A stretch of 63,064 bases of DNA from Candidatus Hermodarchaeum yapensis. GTDB taxonomy: Archaea; Asgardarchaeota; Hermodarchaeia; Hermodarchaeales; Hermodarchaeaceae. This document shows, piece after piece, positions 1-10,182 of this stretch. Position 1 is the stretch's first letter. Every line of letters starts with the position of its first letter. The notes beneath the pieces are model-generated. The model saw only the letters and a program-made list of their open reading frames with translations, was not told the DNA's origin and did not search any database. The stretch spans positions 1 through 63,064 of the forward strand of contig JAEOSK010000014.1 in the NCBI GenBank assembly GCA_016840405.1, read 5' to 3'. The translations under genes and the position numbers were made by a program.

Positions 1-318
1 ACCCCCACCCCCCTAATGAGTTAGGTCTGTGTTCCTGGTTTTTAGGAGGGGGTTTTTTTGGTGCGTCGGATGGTGATGGATATCGGGTAAGGGAGGAGAA
101 TACACCCAAGAATTACTATACTACTTTTGAATACTTTGCTAAGCATTCCCTTAAACCCATATGAGCCAATGACATCTTCACTTTAATCTTTAACCAATTA
201 TGCAATTCACTTCAAAATTTTAACAATGAAAAATAGTGTATTAGGAAGACGTGGCCCCCTCCCTCTTGTGTGACTCCACCCCCTGAACTTTTTAAGCGTG
301 TTGTGAGGGTGTGTGGCT

Positions 319-867
319 ATGAAGATTCTAATTGCATACTACAGCGAAACGGGGAATACGGAGCAAGTGGCGCAGGCGATGTATGGGGCGGTAGCAGGGG
401 AGCATGATGTGGTGTTGATGCCGGTTGGGGAGGTGGTGGTTGATCGTTTGGATGGGTTTGAGTTGGTGTTCTTGGGGGCAGCGGTTCACGATTCGGATTT
501 GGCGAGGCCATTGAAACGTCTGTTGGAGGCACTTCCCATGAACCCGCGGTTCAAATTGGCAGGATTTTCTAACCATGCAGTGTATGTCCCAGATGGCTCA
601 GCTCGTAAAGAAGAAATATATTCGCAGTGGGCGGGTAGATGTCTACCATCCTTTGAAGATACCTGTCGGGAAAAGGGCATTCAGTTTCTGGGTTATTTTC
701 ATTGTCAAGGGGTTGCCTCCAAACCGATTGAAGAGTTCATTCATCGCGAAATCATCACCTCAGAGAAGGAATGGAATGAATACCTGCCTGAATCACGCAA
801 GTATCCCACTCCTGAAGATTTAAAAGACGCGAAGGGTTTTGCCCGAAGAATAATGGATAAACTATAA
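319..867 (+). CDS. Flavodoxin family protein
   Basis: N-terminal FMN-phosphate loop YYSETGNTEQVA; ATG at 319 (ORF opens at GTG 313); TTTTTAAG TATA-like box at about 289-296. Confidence 0.85.
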   Translation: MKILIAYYSETGNTEQVAQAMYGAVAGEHDVVLMPVGEVVVDRLDGFELVFLGAAVHDSDLARPLKRLLEALPMNPRFKLAGFSNHAVYVPDGSARKEEIYSQWAGRCLPSFEDTCREKGIQFLGYFHCQGVASKPIEEFIHREIITSEKEWNEYLPESRKYPTPEDLKDAKGFARRIMDKL

Positions 868-883
868 TCCAGGAGATTTAGTT

Positions 884-1909
884 ATGCAAAAGGTACGACT
901 CGGGAAAACCAATTTGATGGTATCACGCGTTGGAATGGGTGGCATTCCCATTTTGCTTCCTCCGTTTGACACCGCTGTCAAGGTTCTAAAACGCGGACTG
1001 GATTTGGGAGTAACATTAATCGATACATCATTTGGGTATGATGACAGTGAGGTTCGTATCGGTGAGGCGATTGCTGGTCGAAGAGAAGATGTCACCGTTG
1101 TCACCAAGACATCTTGGCGTTCAAAAGATCGAGCACTCAAAGCCCTTGAGGGGAGTCTCAAGCAACTCAAGACAGATTATATCGATGTCTGGTTATTTCA
1201 TAATGTAAGTACGACAGAAGCCTACGAAATCCTTTTGAGACCCAATGAGGCTTTTGCAGCCGGACAGGAAGCACTTGCTTCAGGAGCAGTCCGACATATT
1301 GGACTCTCAACCCATTCATTGGCCATTGCTCAGAAGACTGTCACATCAGGGCTTTTCGAAGTAATTGTGTTTCCATTCAACTTTGTCAATAACCATGCAG
1401 AAGACCATTTGGTCGAACTTGCAAGAAAGCATGATGTTGGTTTCCTAGCCATGAAATCTTTTGCTGGGGGTCAGTTGACTGATGCGAACCTGGCAATCAA
1501 GTATCTATTACAATTTGATAATGTAGTTCCGATTCCAGGTATCGAAACTGTCGAGAATATTGAAGAGATAGTCGAAGTTGTTGAAGGCGACTGGACTTTA
1601 ACACCAGAAGACTGGCAACGCATCGTAGCAATTCGTGAACGCCAGGGGTCTACGCTCTGCATGTGGTGTGAATACTGTAAACCTTGTCCTAAAGAGATTA
1701 ACATCCCCTGGGTTATGAACATAGAGAGCATGTGGATACTTTGGGGTAAACGGGGATTTCCAGGCCGGATGTTAAAGCATATTGATCAAGGTCGCACTTG
1801 CGACGAATGTGGTGAATGCGAAGACAAATGCCCCTATCAACTCAACATCCGCGAAACACTCAGAGCCCAACTCGACTACTATGATCGCGAAATCAAGCAT
1901 CAACTCTAA
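884..1909 (+). CDS. Aldo/keto reductase with C-terminal 4Fe-4S dicluster domain
   Basis: LGKTNLMVSRVGMG, IDTSFGY, LKTDYID AKR motifs; CMWCEYCKPCP and CDECGECEDKCP. Confidence 0.92.
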   Translation: MQKVRLGKTNLMVSRVGMGGIPILLPPFDTAVKVLKRGLDLGVTLIDTSFGYDDSEVRIGEAIAGRREDVTVVTKTSWRSKDRALKALEGSLKQLKTDYIDVWLFHNVSTTEAYEILLRPNEAFAAGQEALASGAVRHIGLSTHSLAIAQKTVTSGLFEVIVFPFNFVNNHAEDHLVELARKHDVGFLAMKSFAGGQLTDANLAIKYLLQFDNVVPIPGIETVENIEEIVEVVEGDWTLTPEDWQRIVAIRERQGSTLCMWCEYCKPCPKEINIPWVMNIESMWILWGKRGFPGRMLKHIDQGRTCDECGECEDKCPYQLNIRETLRAQLDYYDREIKHQL

Positions 1910-1932
1910 ATGCCTATGGTTTGGGTATTCCT

Positions 1933-3354
1933 TCATTTAATCTGACTCAATCGGCTTAACATGGAAACAAAGGATTTCTCAGCGGTGGCGAGTCCACCAG
2001 TGGGTCCGCCTTCATCAATGACAATATACTCGTCAGGGGAATGTGCTCGCGCTCCATGTCCCAATCCCGCGACCACAAAGGGGAGGTTGAAGGGTTCTTG
2101 AGCGAACATTGAAAATGGTGCGCTTCCCGAGAGTAAAGGCCAGCTTTCAATTGGATAGTTGAACTCTTTGTAAGTTTCTAAAACAGCTTGAGCAAGTGGA
2201 TGGCTGATACTGAGTTTAGCCCATCCGTATCCCGATTCGAGTTCGATAATTTTGACCTCGGGGAATCCTTGACTATCGAGATGGCGGCGGAGCATAGGGA
2301 TCACATCTTTGACTTGCATGTTGGGCACTAAGCGGACATCGACTTTTGCAGTAGCCTTCCAAGGTACCACTGTTTTGGTACCAGGTCCTGTATAGCCTGA
2401 CCAGATTCCATTGATGTTGAGGGTCGGTCCAAAGATGTATTTCTCTAAGATTTCTCGTCCATGTCCATCATCAATGAACCGTTCGATTTTCAATGGCGCT
2501 TTGAAGGTTTCTTCATCGTAGGTTTCCTCGAGCTGTGTGAGGAGCTCTTCGTCTTCTGCGGAAATCGGTTTAACATCATCGTAGAATCCATCAATTATGA
2601 CACGATTGCCATCGGGTGTGGTCATGGAAGAGAGGGCTTGAGTGAGTCGCCAAGCGGGATTATCAACGACACATTTTGTTCCACCATGGATGTCAAATTC
2701 GGTAGGTCCATATCCCCAAGTTTTCCCATCCACTTCTAACTCGACATAGACAATTCCTTTGACTCCAAGATAATTCATCACTTTTCCAGTGGGATCTTGG
2801 CTCATGAAGGGGAAAAAGACGTAATCAGCTTTCTTGACAGTATTTTCCTCTTTTTTGAGGAATTCAGGAAAGTGACGGCTTCCTAGCTCTTCTTCTCCTT
2901 CGATAGCGAAGAGTAAGTTCACTGGGAGTTTTTCTCCAGCTTTTTGAATGGCATCGCAGGCATTTAGGAATCCTTGTAGTGGGCCTTTACTGTTGGTAGC
3001 ACCTCGGGCCATGAGAACTTGACCAAAGGGATCAAGATCTACTAGTTTTGCTTCAAGGGGTGGGACAGACCAACCTGGGTCGTCAATTGGTTGTGTATCA
3101 TACATCATGTAAGCGAGAACCGTCTTTTTAGCGCCGACGTCTAATTCACCTACTACCACTGGATTGCCAGAAGTTTCAATTAATTCTGCTCGTTGACAGC
3201 CTAGCTCCTTGAGCGATTTGCGGAGCAGTTCAGCACAATCGCGAACCCCAATATCTTGTGGGGAAATCGAGGGTTGTCTAATAAGTTCTTGAACCTTAAC
3301 AATGTGATTGTCAATATTCTGATCAATGTACTTGAAAACAGATTCAATATTCAT
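1933..3354 (-). CDS. M20/M25/M40 metallopeptidase/amidohydrolase (ArgE/DapE-like) with atypical metal ligands
   Basis: RQPSIS, YDTQP, ARGA..KG, EGEEELGS, AHSPDE motifs. Confidence 0.88.
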   Translation of the reverse strand: MNIESVFKYIDQNIDNHIVKVQELIRQPSISPQDIGVRDCAELLRKSLKELGCQRAELIETSGNPVVVGELDVGAKKTVLAYMMYDTQPIDDPGWSVPPLEAKLVDLDPFGQVLMARGATNSKGPLQGFLNACDAIQKAGEKLPVNLLFAIEGEEELGSRHFPEFLKKEENTVKKADYVFFPFMSQDPTGKVMNYLGVKGIVYVELEVDGKTWGYGPTEFDIHGGTKCVVDNPAWRLTQALSSMTTPDGNRVIIDGFYDDVKPISAEDEELLTQLEETYDEETFKAPLKIERFIDDGHGREILEKYIFGPTLNINGIWSGYTGPGTKTVVPWKATAKVDVRLVPNMQVKDVIPMLRRHLDSQGFPEVKIIELESGYGWAKLSISHPLAQAVLETYKEFNYPIESWPLLSGSAPFSMFAQEPFNLPFVVAGLGHGARAHSPDEYIVIDEGGPTGGLATAEKSFVSMLSRLSQIK

Positions 3355-3420
3355 CTAAAGCTCCCTCAGTTTCCTGAAGTAATATTCTATTGCGTTCACT
3401 CGACGGATAAATCCCTCTGT

Positions 3421-4464
3421 CTAATAACGTGGACGTTTCTTCGGATAAGGCTGGAAGGGTGTTCGCGGTTCCAAACTAAACCAATCAATCTCTTGGTCAA
3501 GCCGAGATAACGACCGCAATATGTCGAAAGTAATCCACCTAGATACTTCCGGAAATCGCTGATATTCCCAGAGCCCATAAGGACCCTGCAATTCCTTGAC
3601 AAATTCGACATTATCAGCGACACGGGGATCTTCCAAGCTGGCTCCAATCCGCCAGGACAAATCTAACATCTGAGCGACATCATAACGTTTGAAATAGGTA
3701 AAACCGCCACGGACTTGTTCAGTCCCCACGATTCGTGCTACTTCGAATCCAAGGGTATGTGCTTGACGGTGTTCATGTGCTAGCAACTTGTCTAATCCAC
3801 GACGGGCAGGTTCGCTGTTTCGTCGATTCGGATGTAGAGCCAAAGAACTCACTGCTGCTGTCGTATTCGTACGACACCCAAATTTTGAATGGGCGAGTCG
3901 ACGATACCCTGCTGCAAAGATGTACCTATCCTCGTGCCTACCTGATGGCCACCCACCTTCAGCTAATTCTTCCTTTAAGAGCCACTCATAGGCCGCTTCG
4001 GCACGTGGATCCGTAGCAAATCCTGCCCACGCTAAACCCAATAATGGCAAAGCTGTTTGAACCGGTATGGCATGGTACTTGATATCAAAAAATCGACCGC
4101 CATCAAGGACCGCTCCCTGAAAGGATAATGGGAAAGAACCATCTTTTTGTTGTTGGGAAAAGATAAACTCTGCAGCCCGTTTGATATCAGGATGTTCTGG
4201 TCCCAAACCGAAATAGCCCAATCCCATCAATGCTTGAGCCGTTATTCGAATTCGACCTAACGCTGCCCCTCCAGCTTCACCAACTCTGAAGCCCCCATCC
4301 TTGTCTTGCAGGGCTAGAAACCGCTTAATTAAGGGATCGGTCTTCTGAAGGTCTTTGAGTTCTTTGACTTCCTTATCAGATTCTGGGCGATTCAGTAAAT
4401 CTCGTAATACTAGTAATCGTAAACTGGGAGATGAATCTGCAAGGAGAAGTGGTGCCCACGTCAT
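3421..4464 (-). CDS. Prenyltransferase/squalene-cyclase (QW) repeat alpha-barrel protein, function unknown
   Basis: Repeats QDKDGGF, QQKDGSF, LAEGGW, QGPYGLW; C-terminal SRWITFDILRSL; no DxDD motif; ATGA overlap with the upstream gene. Confidence 0.75.
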   Translation of the reverse strand: MTWAPLLLADSSPSLRLLVLRDLLNRPESDKEVKELKDLQKTDPLIKRFLALQDKDGGFRVGEAGGAALGRIRITAQALMGLGYFGLGPEHPDIKRAAEFIFSQQQKDGSFPLSFQGAVLDGGRFFDIKYHAIPVQTALPLLGLAWAGFATDPRAEAAYEWLLKEELAEGGWPSGRHEDRYIFAAGYRRLAHSKFGCRTNTTAAVSSLALHPNRRNSEPARRGLDKLLAHEHRQAHTLGFEVARIVGTEQVRGGFTYFKRYDVAQMLDLSWRIGASLEDPRVADNVEFVKELQGPYGLWEYQRFPEVSRWITFDILRSLSRLDQEIDWFSLEPRTPFQPYPKKRPRY

Positions 4465-7400
4465 GATTTCACTCCCAACACTTCTCGGATATAAGGTGCA
4501 GTGGGTGTATTCTTCATCGCGATGTCTTCAGGGGTTCCCGTGGCAATGATTTTCCCACCCTCAGGCCCTCCACCTGGACCGAGTTCAATAATCCAATCGC
4601 AAAAAGATAGCAGGTGCGGGTGATGTTCAACCACAATGACGGAATGACCTTCGTCAACTAGTCGATTCAAAACGGTTACCAATCGGGCGACATCGTCCAT
4701 GTGTAAACCCACTGTGGGTTCATCCATTATGTAGAGTGTTTTTTCTCGGATTTTCTTAATTAGTTCTTTAGCGATTTTTAGGCGCTGCACTTCACCGCCG
4801 GAAAGGGTATAGGCATATTGTCTCCAAACCAAATATCCTAAACCCACTTGCCGTACAACCTCAAGAGGCTCTGCAAGTCCTTTCTCATCTTTGAAGAGCT
4901 CATACACTTCATCCAGTGTCATCGAATTGATGTCAGGTAATGTGACCCCCTTCACTCGCACATCCCATGCCTCGGGACGATAGCCTGTCCCCTTACACGT
5001 TTCACACTCTACAAACTCATTAGGTAAAAATCCCATATCTAATCGAAGTTGACCTCGTCCTTTACAAGCCGTGCATCGCCTCGTAAGGTCTTTCTCACCA
5101 AGTTCTAGGGCTTGAGCATCATCGCTGTTTAGAAAGATTTTCAGTAAAGGTCGAGTCAGATTAAGATAGCCTGCTGGACTCTGAATTCCTCGCCTAGATT
5201 GGTCAACTAGCAAAGTACGTTTTGGAGGATTGCTAATTTCCTCGTATTCTCCTGCTTCAAGTGGTTCACGGGCAAAAGATGACGTATGCAATTGTTTGAC
5301 TAGAGCTCGACCGACAGTATCGATGAGGAGTGAGCTTTTACCAGATCCCGACACGCCACAAACGCCTGTTAACGTTTCTAAGGGGATTTTCACATCTTCT
5401 CCACGAAGATTATTCGCACGAGCGCCTTTAATCACCATCCAGTCTGGTGGTTGTCGGCGCTGTGTTCCGTTCATCCATTCTAATAATCCCCCTTCCTGAG
5501 TTGGTTTTTTCAATTGATCATTTTGTAACCATTTTCCCGTAATCGTGTCAGCTTTGATAATATCTGTGGGTTTTCCTTCGCTGACAACTCTGCCACCCAT
5601 CGTTCCAGCGCCAGGTCCAAGATCAATCACATGATCCGCCGCTCGAATAAGAAGTAAGTCGTGCTCGACAACAATTACGGTGTTTCCTTCGTCACGGAGT
5701 TCTTCTAGTGCTTCACGCAGGGCTTCAAGTTCAGATGGGTGCATACCTCGTGAGGGTTCGTCAACAAATATTGTCAGTGAAGTTAATCCACTTCCTAGCA
5801 AGCTTGCTAGTTGGATTCGTTGTGCTTCACCCGCTGACAAGGTGCCCGTTGGACGATTCAGATGAAGGTAACCAATTCCTACTTGTCTCAGAAACCGTAA
5901 CCGTCGTCGGATAATCTGAAGACTCGTCTCAGCCAAAGGAATGCTAGAAGATGGTTCGAGGATTTTCTTGACCAGTTTTTCAAGTTCCAGAAGGGGCATC
6001 TCACTTAATTCAAACATATTCTTGTTCTGTAGAGTTACAGCCAAGTATTCTGGTCGGAGTCCAGCACCCTTACATTCTGGACAGACAACTTGTTTTGTAT
6101 ACGTCCCATGGATATCCCAATCGAAAATCCAGCTCTCCTTCTGGTAGAAGCCCCTCCAGGTCCACTTGGAAGGACGTTCCTTCCCCTTCAATCTACCAGC
6201 TGATTTGCTGATGTATGTAAACCTGTATACTTCACCATCGCCATAGAAGAAGACATCCTGTGCTTCTTTGGACATTTTATTCCACGGCGTTTTGAAGGGA
6301 TCAAACCCATACCGTTTCCCCAATTCCGGAATGATTGGCTGATCCTTACACAGATAGGTTTTCGGCCAATAACCTGGAGACCACATCGCACCTGCACATA
6401 ACGGCTTTTCGGGATTCACTATGAGCTTCTCAGGTTGAGGTAGATGTAATACACCCAGTCCTACACATTTCGGACAAGAACTCCCCCAATGCTCTGATGA
6501 GAAGTACTGTGGTTTTGCAATAGGTACAGTGTTATGACATTTTGGGCAAACCCATTTGTTCTCGCGGTTCATCTTTGAACTACATTTCAAACATTTCCTT
6601 TCTCCCAGGGAGGCAAGTAGGTTCGTGATATGATAACTTATCTCCGTAAGGGTTCCAACACTATTCCGTCGAGTGAATTGTGGGATATGACTCCATAAAT
6701 GGGCTCGATGAGGCGCCACCGTGAGCGTGACCCCTAATCCTGTGATTGAATCAACAGGGGCTTCGGCCCCCTCTCGTAATCCCTGCCTTTCAAACATGGA
6801 AAGCGATTCTAAATATCGACGTCGTGCTTCTGCCTGCAAGACATCACGTACTAGACTAGATTTCCCAGAACCCGACACACCAGTGATGACAGTGAAGGTT
6901 CTCTTTGGGATATCCACATCGACGTTTTTCAGATTGTTTGCTCGAGCATTTCGGATTGAAATTATTGGTGGTTTGGTTATCACTGGCTTCTTAGTCTTCT
7001 TTCGAGGTCGAACAGCGCTTTCATCTTCCAAGGCTTTACCAGTCAGAGAAGATTCAACCTTAAGAAGACCTTCAGGTGGACCTTCATACAGAAGCTTGCC
7101 TCCGTTTGGTCCAGCACCAGGACCCAAATCAATTACCCAATCCGCTGCGCGAATGAAATCCATGTTATGCTCAACAACCACGATTGTTGCACCATGACGG
7201 ACAAGCCGGTCAAGAACGGTCAGTAATCCATCCAAGTCTTGAGAGTGCAAACCAGTCGAAGGTTCGTCAAGAATGACGAGTTGATTTGCCAACTTTTTAC
7301 GACCCAGGAATTTCGTGAGTTTCACACGCTGTGCTTCTCCACCAGAGAGAGTGGGTGAAGGTTGCCCAAGTTCAAGATAGCCCAGCCCGACATCAAGAAG

Positions 7401-9389
7401 CGCTTGGAGAATCCGTTGGGCTGATTGCCGTTTGGCTTGTGTAAGGTGTTTTGACTTGGTAATTCGTTCTTCAATTTCAGCAATTGGAAGGGCATAGAAA
7501 TCAGCAATGGAGAGCCTTTCTCCATCAAATTCAACCAGTTCATTTAGGACTTCAGGACTAAATCGTTGTCCTTCACAATCTGAGCAGGGAATCCAGATGG
7601 ACGGTAAATATCGCATCTTGACTTCGCTTGCACCAATTCCCTTGCATGTCGGACAAGCACCTTCAGGTCGATTAAACGAAAAATGAGACTTGGATAATCC
7701 TGTCGCACCCGAATACAAATCACGAATGATATCCGATAACTTCGTATAGGTTGCCGGATTAGAACGCGGATTACGTCCAATCGGACTTTGATCCACCATG
7801 ACCGGTTTTAGTTTCGGCCCTTCAATTCCTGCACAGCCAATTGACTCTTTTTTCTTCAATGAAGGCACGAGAACATGCTCAACTAGCGTGCTTTTCCCAG
7901 ATCCAGATACTCCAGTAATAACCGCCAATCGCCCTAGTGGAATTTTCACATCAATGTCCTGCAGATTGTGACGGTGTGCCTTCTGAACATGAAGAAACTT
8001 TTCTGGTTGGGGACGCGGCTCAGGAGTCATCACACGGTTCCGGAGACTGAAATATCGTCCCGTTGCCGTGTCAGCTTTCCATAGTTCTGCTGGTGAACCA
8101 ATGAAAATCACTTCTCCTCCATCTTTACCTGCACCAGGACCAAGATCAATAGCTGAATCAGCAGAAGCAGCCGCCACTCGGTCATGTTCAACAAAGATTA
8201 CCGATCCAGATAATTCGCGAAATGCAGGAAGTAATCGAGCGACATCTGCAGGGTGCTGACCAATCGTCGGTTCATCTAGTACGTGAAGCATGTCCTCTAA
8301 TCGACTAGCCAGTGAAATTGCGAGCCTCACTCTCTGGGATTCACCCCGAGATAAGGTTGGAGATGATCGATTCAAGGAAATATAACCGAGTCCCACACGT
8401 TCCAGGGCATCTAACCGCCGTTGAATCTCCGAGCGTAGTCGGGTTGCGGTAGAAGGAAGGCTCACATCTAAAAACAACCTCTGTGCTTCCTCCACTGAGA
8501 GTGCTAGCAGTTCAGGGAAGCGCATCCCTTCCCAGCGGACGCTTGATGCCTGAGGATGCATCCCTGTGTTATCACATCGCTCACAACCTTTTCCTTTGCA
8601 ATAGGGACACAGCTGGTTGAAATGCGTAGGTCGCACTTCGCGGAAGCCTGTTCCACAGACGCTACAGGTTTGTGTTGTAGTGAGCATCATATCGGTTGTT
8701 TTACCACAGGCTCGAACAGCTCCTGCACCTAATGCTGTCGTTCTCTGTGCAAAAACTCTCACCTGCTTGACTGTCCCGGTCTTATCGATGACTCCCGTTT
8801 CAACTTCAATTGAGTGATAATCTTTGGGATTGAGGGGTTTCCCATCCCACTCTTTCCCATTAACAATTACCTGGCGTTTCTCAAATTCTTTACTAAACAC
8901 CTTGAGGAGCGTGGTATGACTCCCCTGCACGCTTTGGACTAATGGTGCAAACAGCTGCAGGGGTTCCTGTTTGGATAACGCGACGAGCCTTTCCACCAAT
9001 TCGTCCTCGGTTAACACCATCAGAGGGGCTCCACATTGAACACAGTATCGAACACCATAATTTGCAAACAGCAATCGGAAGAAAGGGTGTAACCCCGATG
9101 CGGAAGCAAGAATGGAGAGTGGATTGCGATTCAACAGATTCTGGCCAACAGCAATTGTGGGTCCCAACCCAGCGATTGACTCAACACTCGCAGGGGCTAG
9201 CCGTTCACCACTGCGACCATACAAAAAGACATCCAAAAACCGTCTGTGTGCCTCATGGTACAATGTGTCAAAGACTAGGGACGTCTTACCAGATCCCGAA
9301 ACTCCTGTGACCACTGTAAGACCATCACTGAGTTGAACATCGATGTTTTTGAGGTTGTGTTCTCGAGCGCCTTTTATGTGGATGTCCAT
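4461..9389 (-). CDS. uvrA: Double-length UvrA-like ABC ATPase (two fused UvrA modules, four ATPase domains)
   Basis: Four Walker A GVSGSGK(T/S)(S/T), four signatures LS(R/G/A)GE(S/A/V)QR, four DEP Walker B, four VEH loops, GAREHNLK-type starts, several CxxC zinc modules. Confidence 0.93.
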   Translation of the reverse strand: MDIHIKGAREHNLKNIDVQLSDGLTVVTGVSGSGKTSLVFDTLYHEAHRRFLDVFLYGRSGERLAPASVESIAGLGPTIAVGQNLLNRNPLSILASASGLHPFFRLLFANYGVRYCVQCGAPLMVLTEDELVERLVALSKQEPLQLFAPLVQSVQGSHTTLLKVFSKEFEKRQVIVNGKEWDGKPLNPKDYHSIEVETGVIDKTGTVKQVRVFAQRTTALGAGAVRACGKTTDMMLTTTQTCSVCGTGFREVRPTHFNQLCPYCKGKGCERCDNTGMHPQASSVRWEGMRFPELLALSVEEAQRLFLDVSLPSTATRLRSEIQRRLDALERVGLGYISLNRSSPTLSRGESQRVRLAISLASRLEDMLHVLDEPTIGQHPADVARLLPAFRELSGSVIFVEHDRVAAASADSAIDLGPGAGKDGGEVIFIGSPAELWKADTATGRYFSLRNRVMTPEPRPQPEKFLHVQKAHRHNLQDIDVKIPLGRLAVITGVSGSGKSTLVEHVLVPSLKKKESIGCAGIEGPKLKPVMVDQSPIGRNPRSNPATYTKLSDIIRDLYSGATGLSKSHFSFNRPEGACPTCKGIGASEVKMRYLPSIWIPCSDCEGQRFSPEVLNELVEFDGERLSIADFYALPIAEIEERITKSKHLTQAKRQSAQRILQALLDVGLGYLELGQPSPTLSGGEAQRVKLTKFLGRKKLANQLVILDEPSTGLHSQDLDGLLTVLDRLVRHGATIVVVEHNMDFIRAADWVIDLGPGAGPNGGKLLYEGPPEGLLKVESSLTGKALEDESAVRPRKKTKKPVITKPPIISIRNARANNLKNVDVDIPKRTFTVITGVSGSGKSSLVRDVLQAEARRRYLESLSMFERQGLREGAEAPVDSITGLGVTLTVAPHRAHLWSHIPQFTRRNSVGTLTEISYHITNLLASLGERKCLKCSSKMNRENKWVCPKCHNTVPIAKPQYFSSEHWGSSCPKCVGLGVLHLPQPEKLIVNPEKPLCAGAMWSPGYWPKTYLCKDQPIIPELGKRYGFDPFKTPWNKMSKEAQDVFFYGDGEVYRFTYISKSAGRLKGKERPSKWTWRGFYQKESWIFDWDIHGTYTKQVVCPECKGAGLRPEYLAVTLQNKNMFELSEMPLLELEKLVKKILEPSSSIPLAETSLQIIRRRLRFLRQVGIGYLHLNRPTGTLSAGEAQRIQLASLLGSGLTSLTIFVDEPSRGMHPSELEALREALEELRDEGNTVIVVEHDLLLIRAADHVIDLGPGAGTMGGRVVSEGKPTDIIKADTITGKWLQNDQLKKPTQEGGLLEWMNGTQRRQPPDWMVIKGARANNLRGEDVKIPLETLTGVCGVSGSGKSSLLIDTVGRALVKQLHTSSFAREPLEAGEYEEISNPPKRTLLVDQSRRGIQSPAGYLNLTRPLLKIFLNSDDAQALELGEKDLTRRCTACKGRGQLRLDMGFLPNEFVECETCKGTGYRPEAWDVRVKGVTLPDINSMTLDEVYELFKDEKGLAEPLEVVRQVGLGYLVWRQYAYTLSGGEVQRLKIAKELIKKIREKTLYIMDEPTVGLHMDDVARLVTVLNRLVDEGHSVIVVEHHPHLLSFCDWIIELGPGGGPEGGKIIATGTPEDIAMKNTPTAPYIREVLGVKS

Positions 9390-9531
9390 CAGTATCTTCT
9401 CAGAATAAAACGTGGCTCACTATTAGTTTTTGCAGTAACAAAATTTTCCTCATAAACGCATAAAGCCAAACAGAGACCATACTAAAAGTAATTATCTTAA
9501 ACGGTGACAACTTAAACTCCTTGATTGGTAG

Positions 9532-10017
9532 ATGCACATGAGTGATGTAGTATTGGGAAAAGGAAAAAGACTCCTTCTCATGGGCAGTAAAGCCTTCGAA
9601 GACAGGGAATTACCCGAAGAAGTGAAACGACGAATAGATGCCGCTATGGAGCAAGAGATGATTATTATTGTCGGAGAAGCTAAGGGAGCCTCCCATCTTT
9701 ATCAAGACCACTTACAGAGTAAAAACTATCGTGATGTTATTGTTGGACATGCTCGTAGTTTACGCTACAACGCTGGCAATTGGTCCGATATCAAATATGG
9801 TGACAATCTTCGGGAACGCGAACGTAACATGATTGAAGATTGTGATGCTGCCATCGTCATCTGGATGAACAAGAGTAGTGTTATCGCAGGGAACTTGGAA
9901 CGCTTGAAATGGCTGGATAAACCCACATTTCTCTATGACTGCTCCATTTACACCGAAGAGTTGTATGCTGGTCCTCTGGATCAAAACCGAATTTATGAGC
10001 CCTATCTCTCTCAATAA
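9532..10017 (+). CDS. Putative SLOG-superfamily (YspA-like) nucleotide-binding protein
   Basis: LLLMGS, IIVGEAKGA and R.RNMIEDCDAAIVIW..KS pattern typical of YspA-like SLOG proteins. Confidence 0.55.
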   Translation: MHMSDVVLGKGKRLLLMGSKAFEDRELPEEVKRRIDAAMEQEMIIIVGEAKGASHLYQDHLQSKNYRDVIVGHARSLRYNAGNWSDIKYGDNLRERERNMIEDCDAAIVIWMNKSSVIAGNLERLKWLDKPTFLYDCSIYTEELYAGPLDQNRIYEPYLSQ

Positions 10018-10182
10018 CTGCTTACAAAATATGGCAAAACACCAAGTACCAGTGAAAAATAAAATGAATCGGTCAGGCAATAACCTTCTTATTTGTTAAG
10101 AGAAGCTCAAGTGCCCGGGTGTGTGAAACACCGTTGCTTACCTTTTAAATAGCATCATGGGCGCGTGGCTTTGGGGATATCG

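Noticed and set aside
1-60. C-rich/G-rich stem plus T-run at the window start
   Set aside because: Possibly a terminator of an upstream gene, but the context is cut off
3421-4464. Functional squalene-hopene cyclase
   Set aside because: About half the expected length and no DxDD motif
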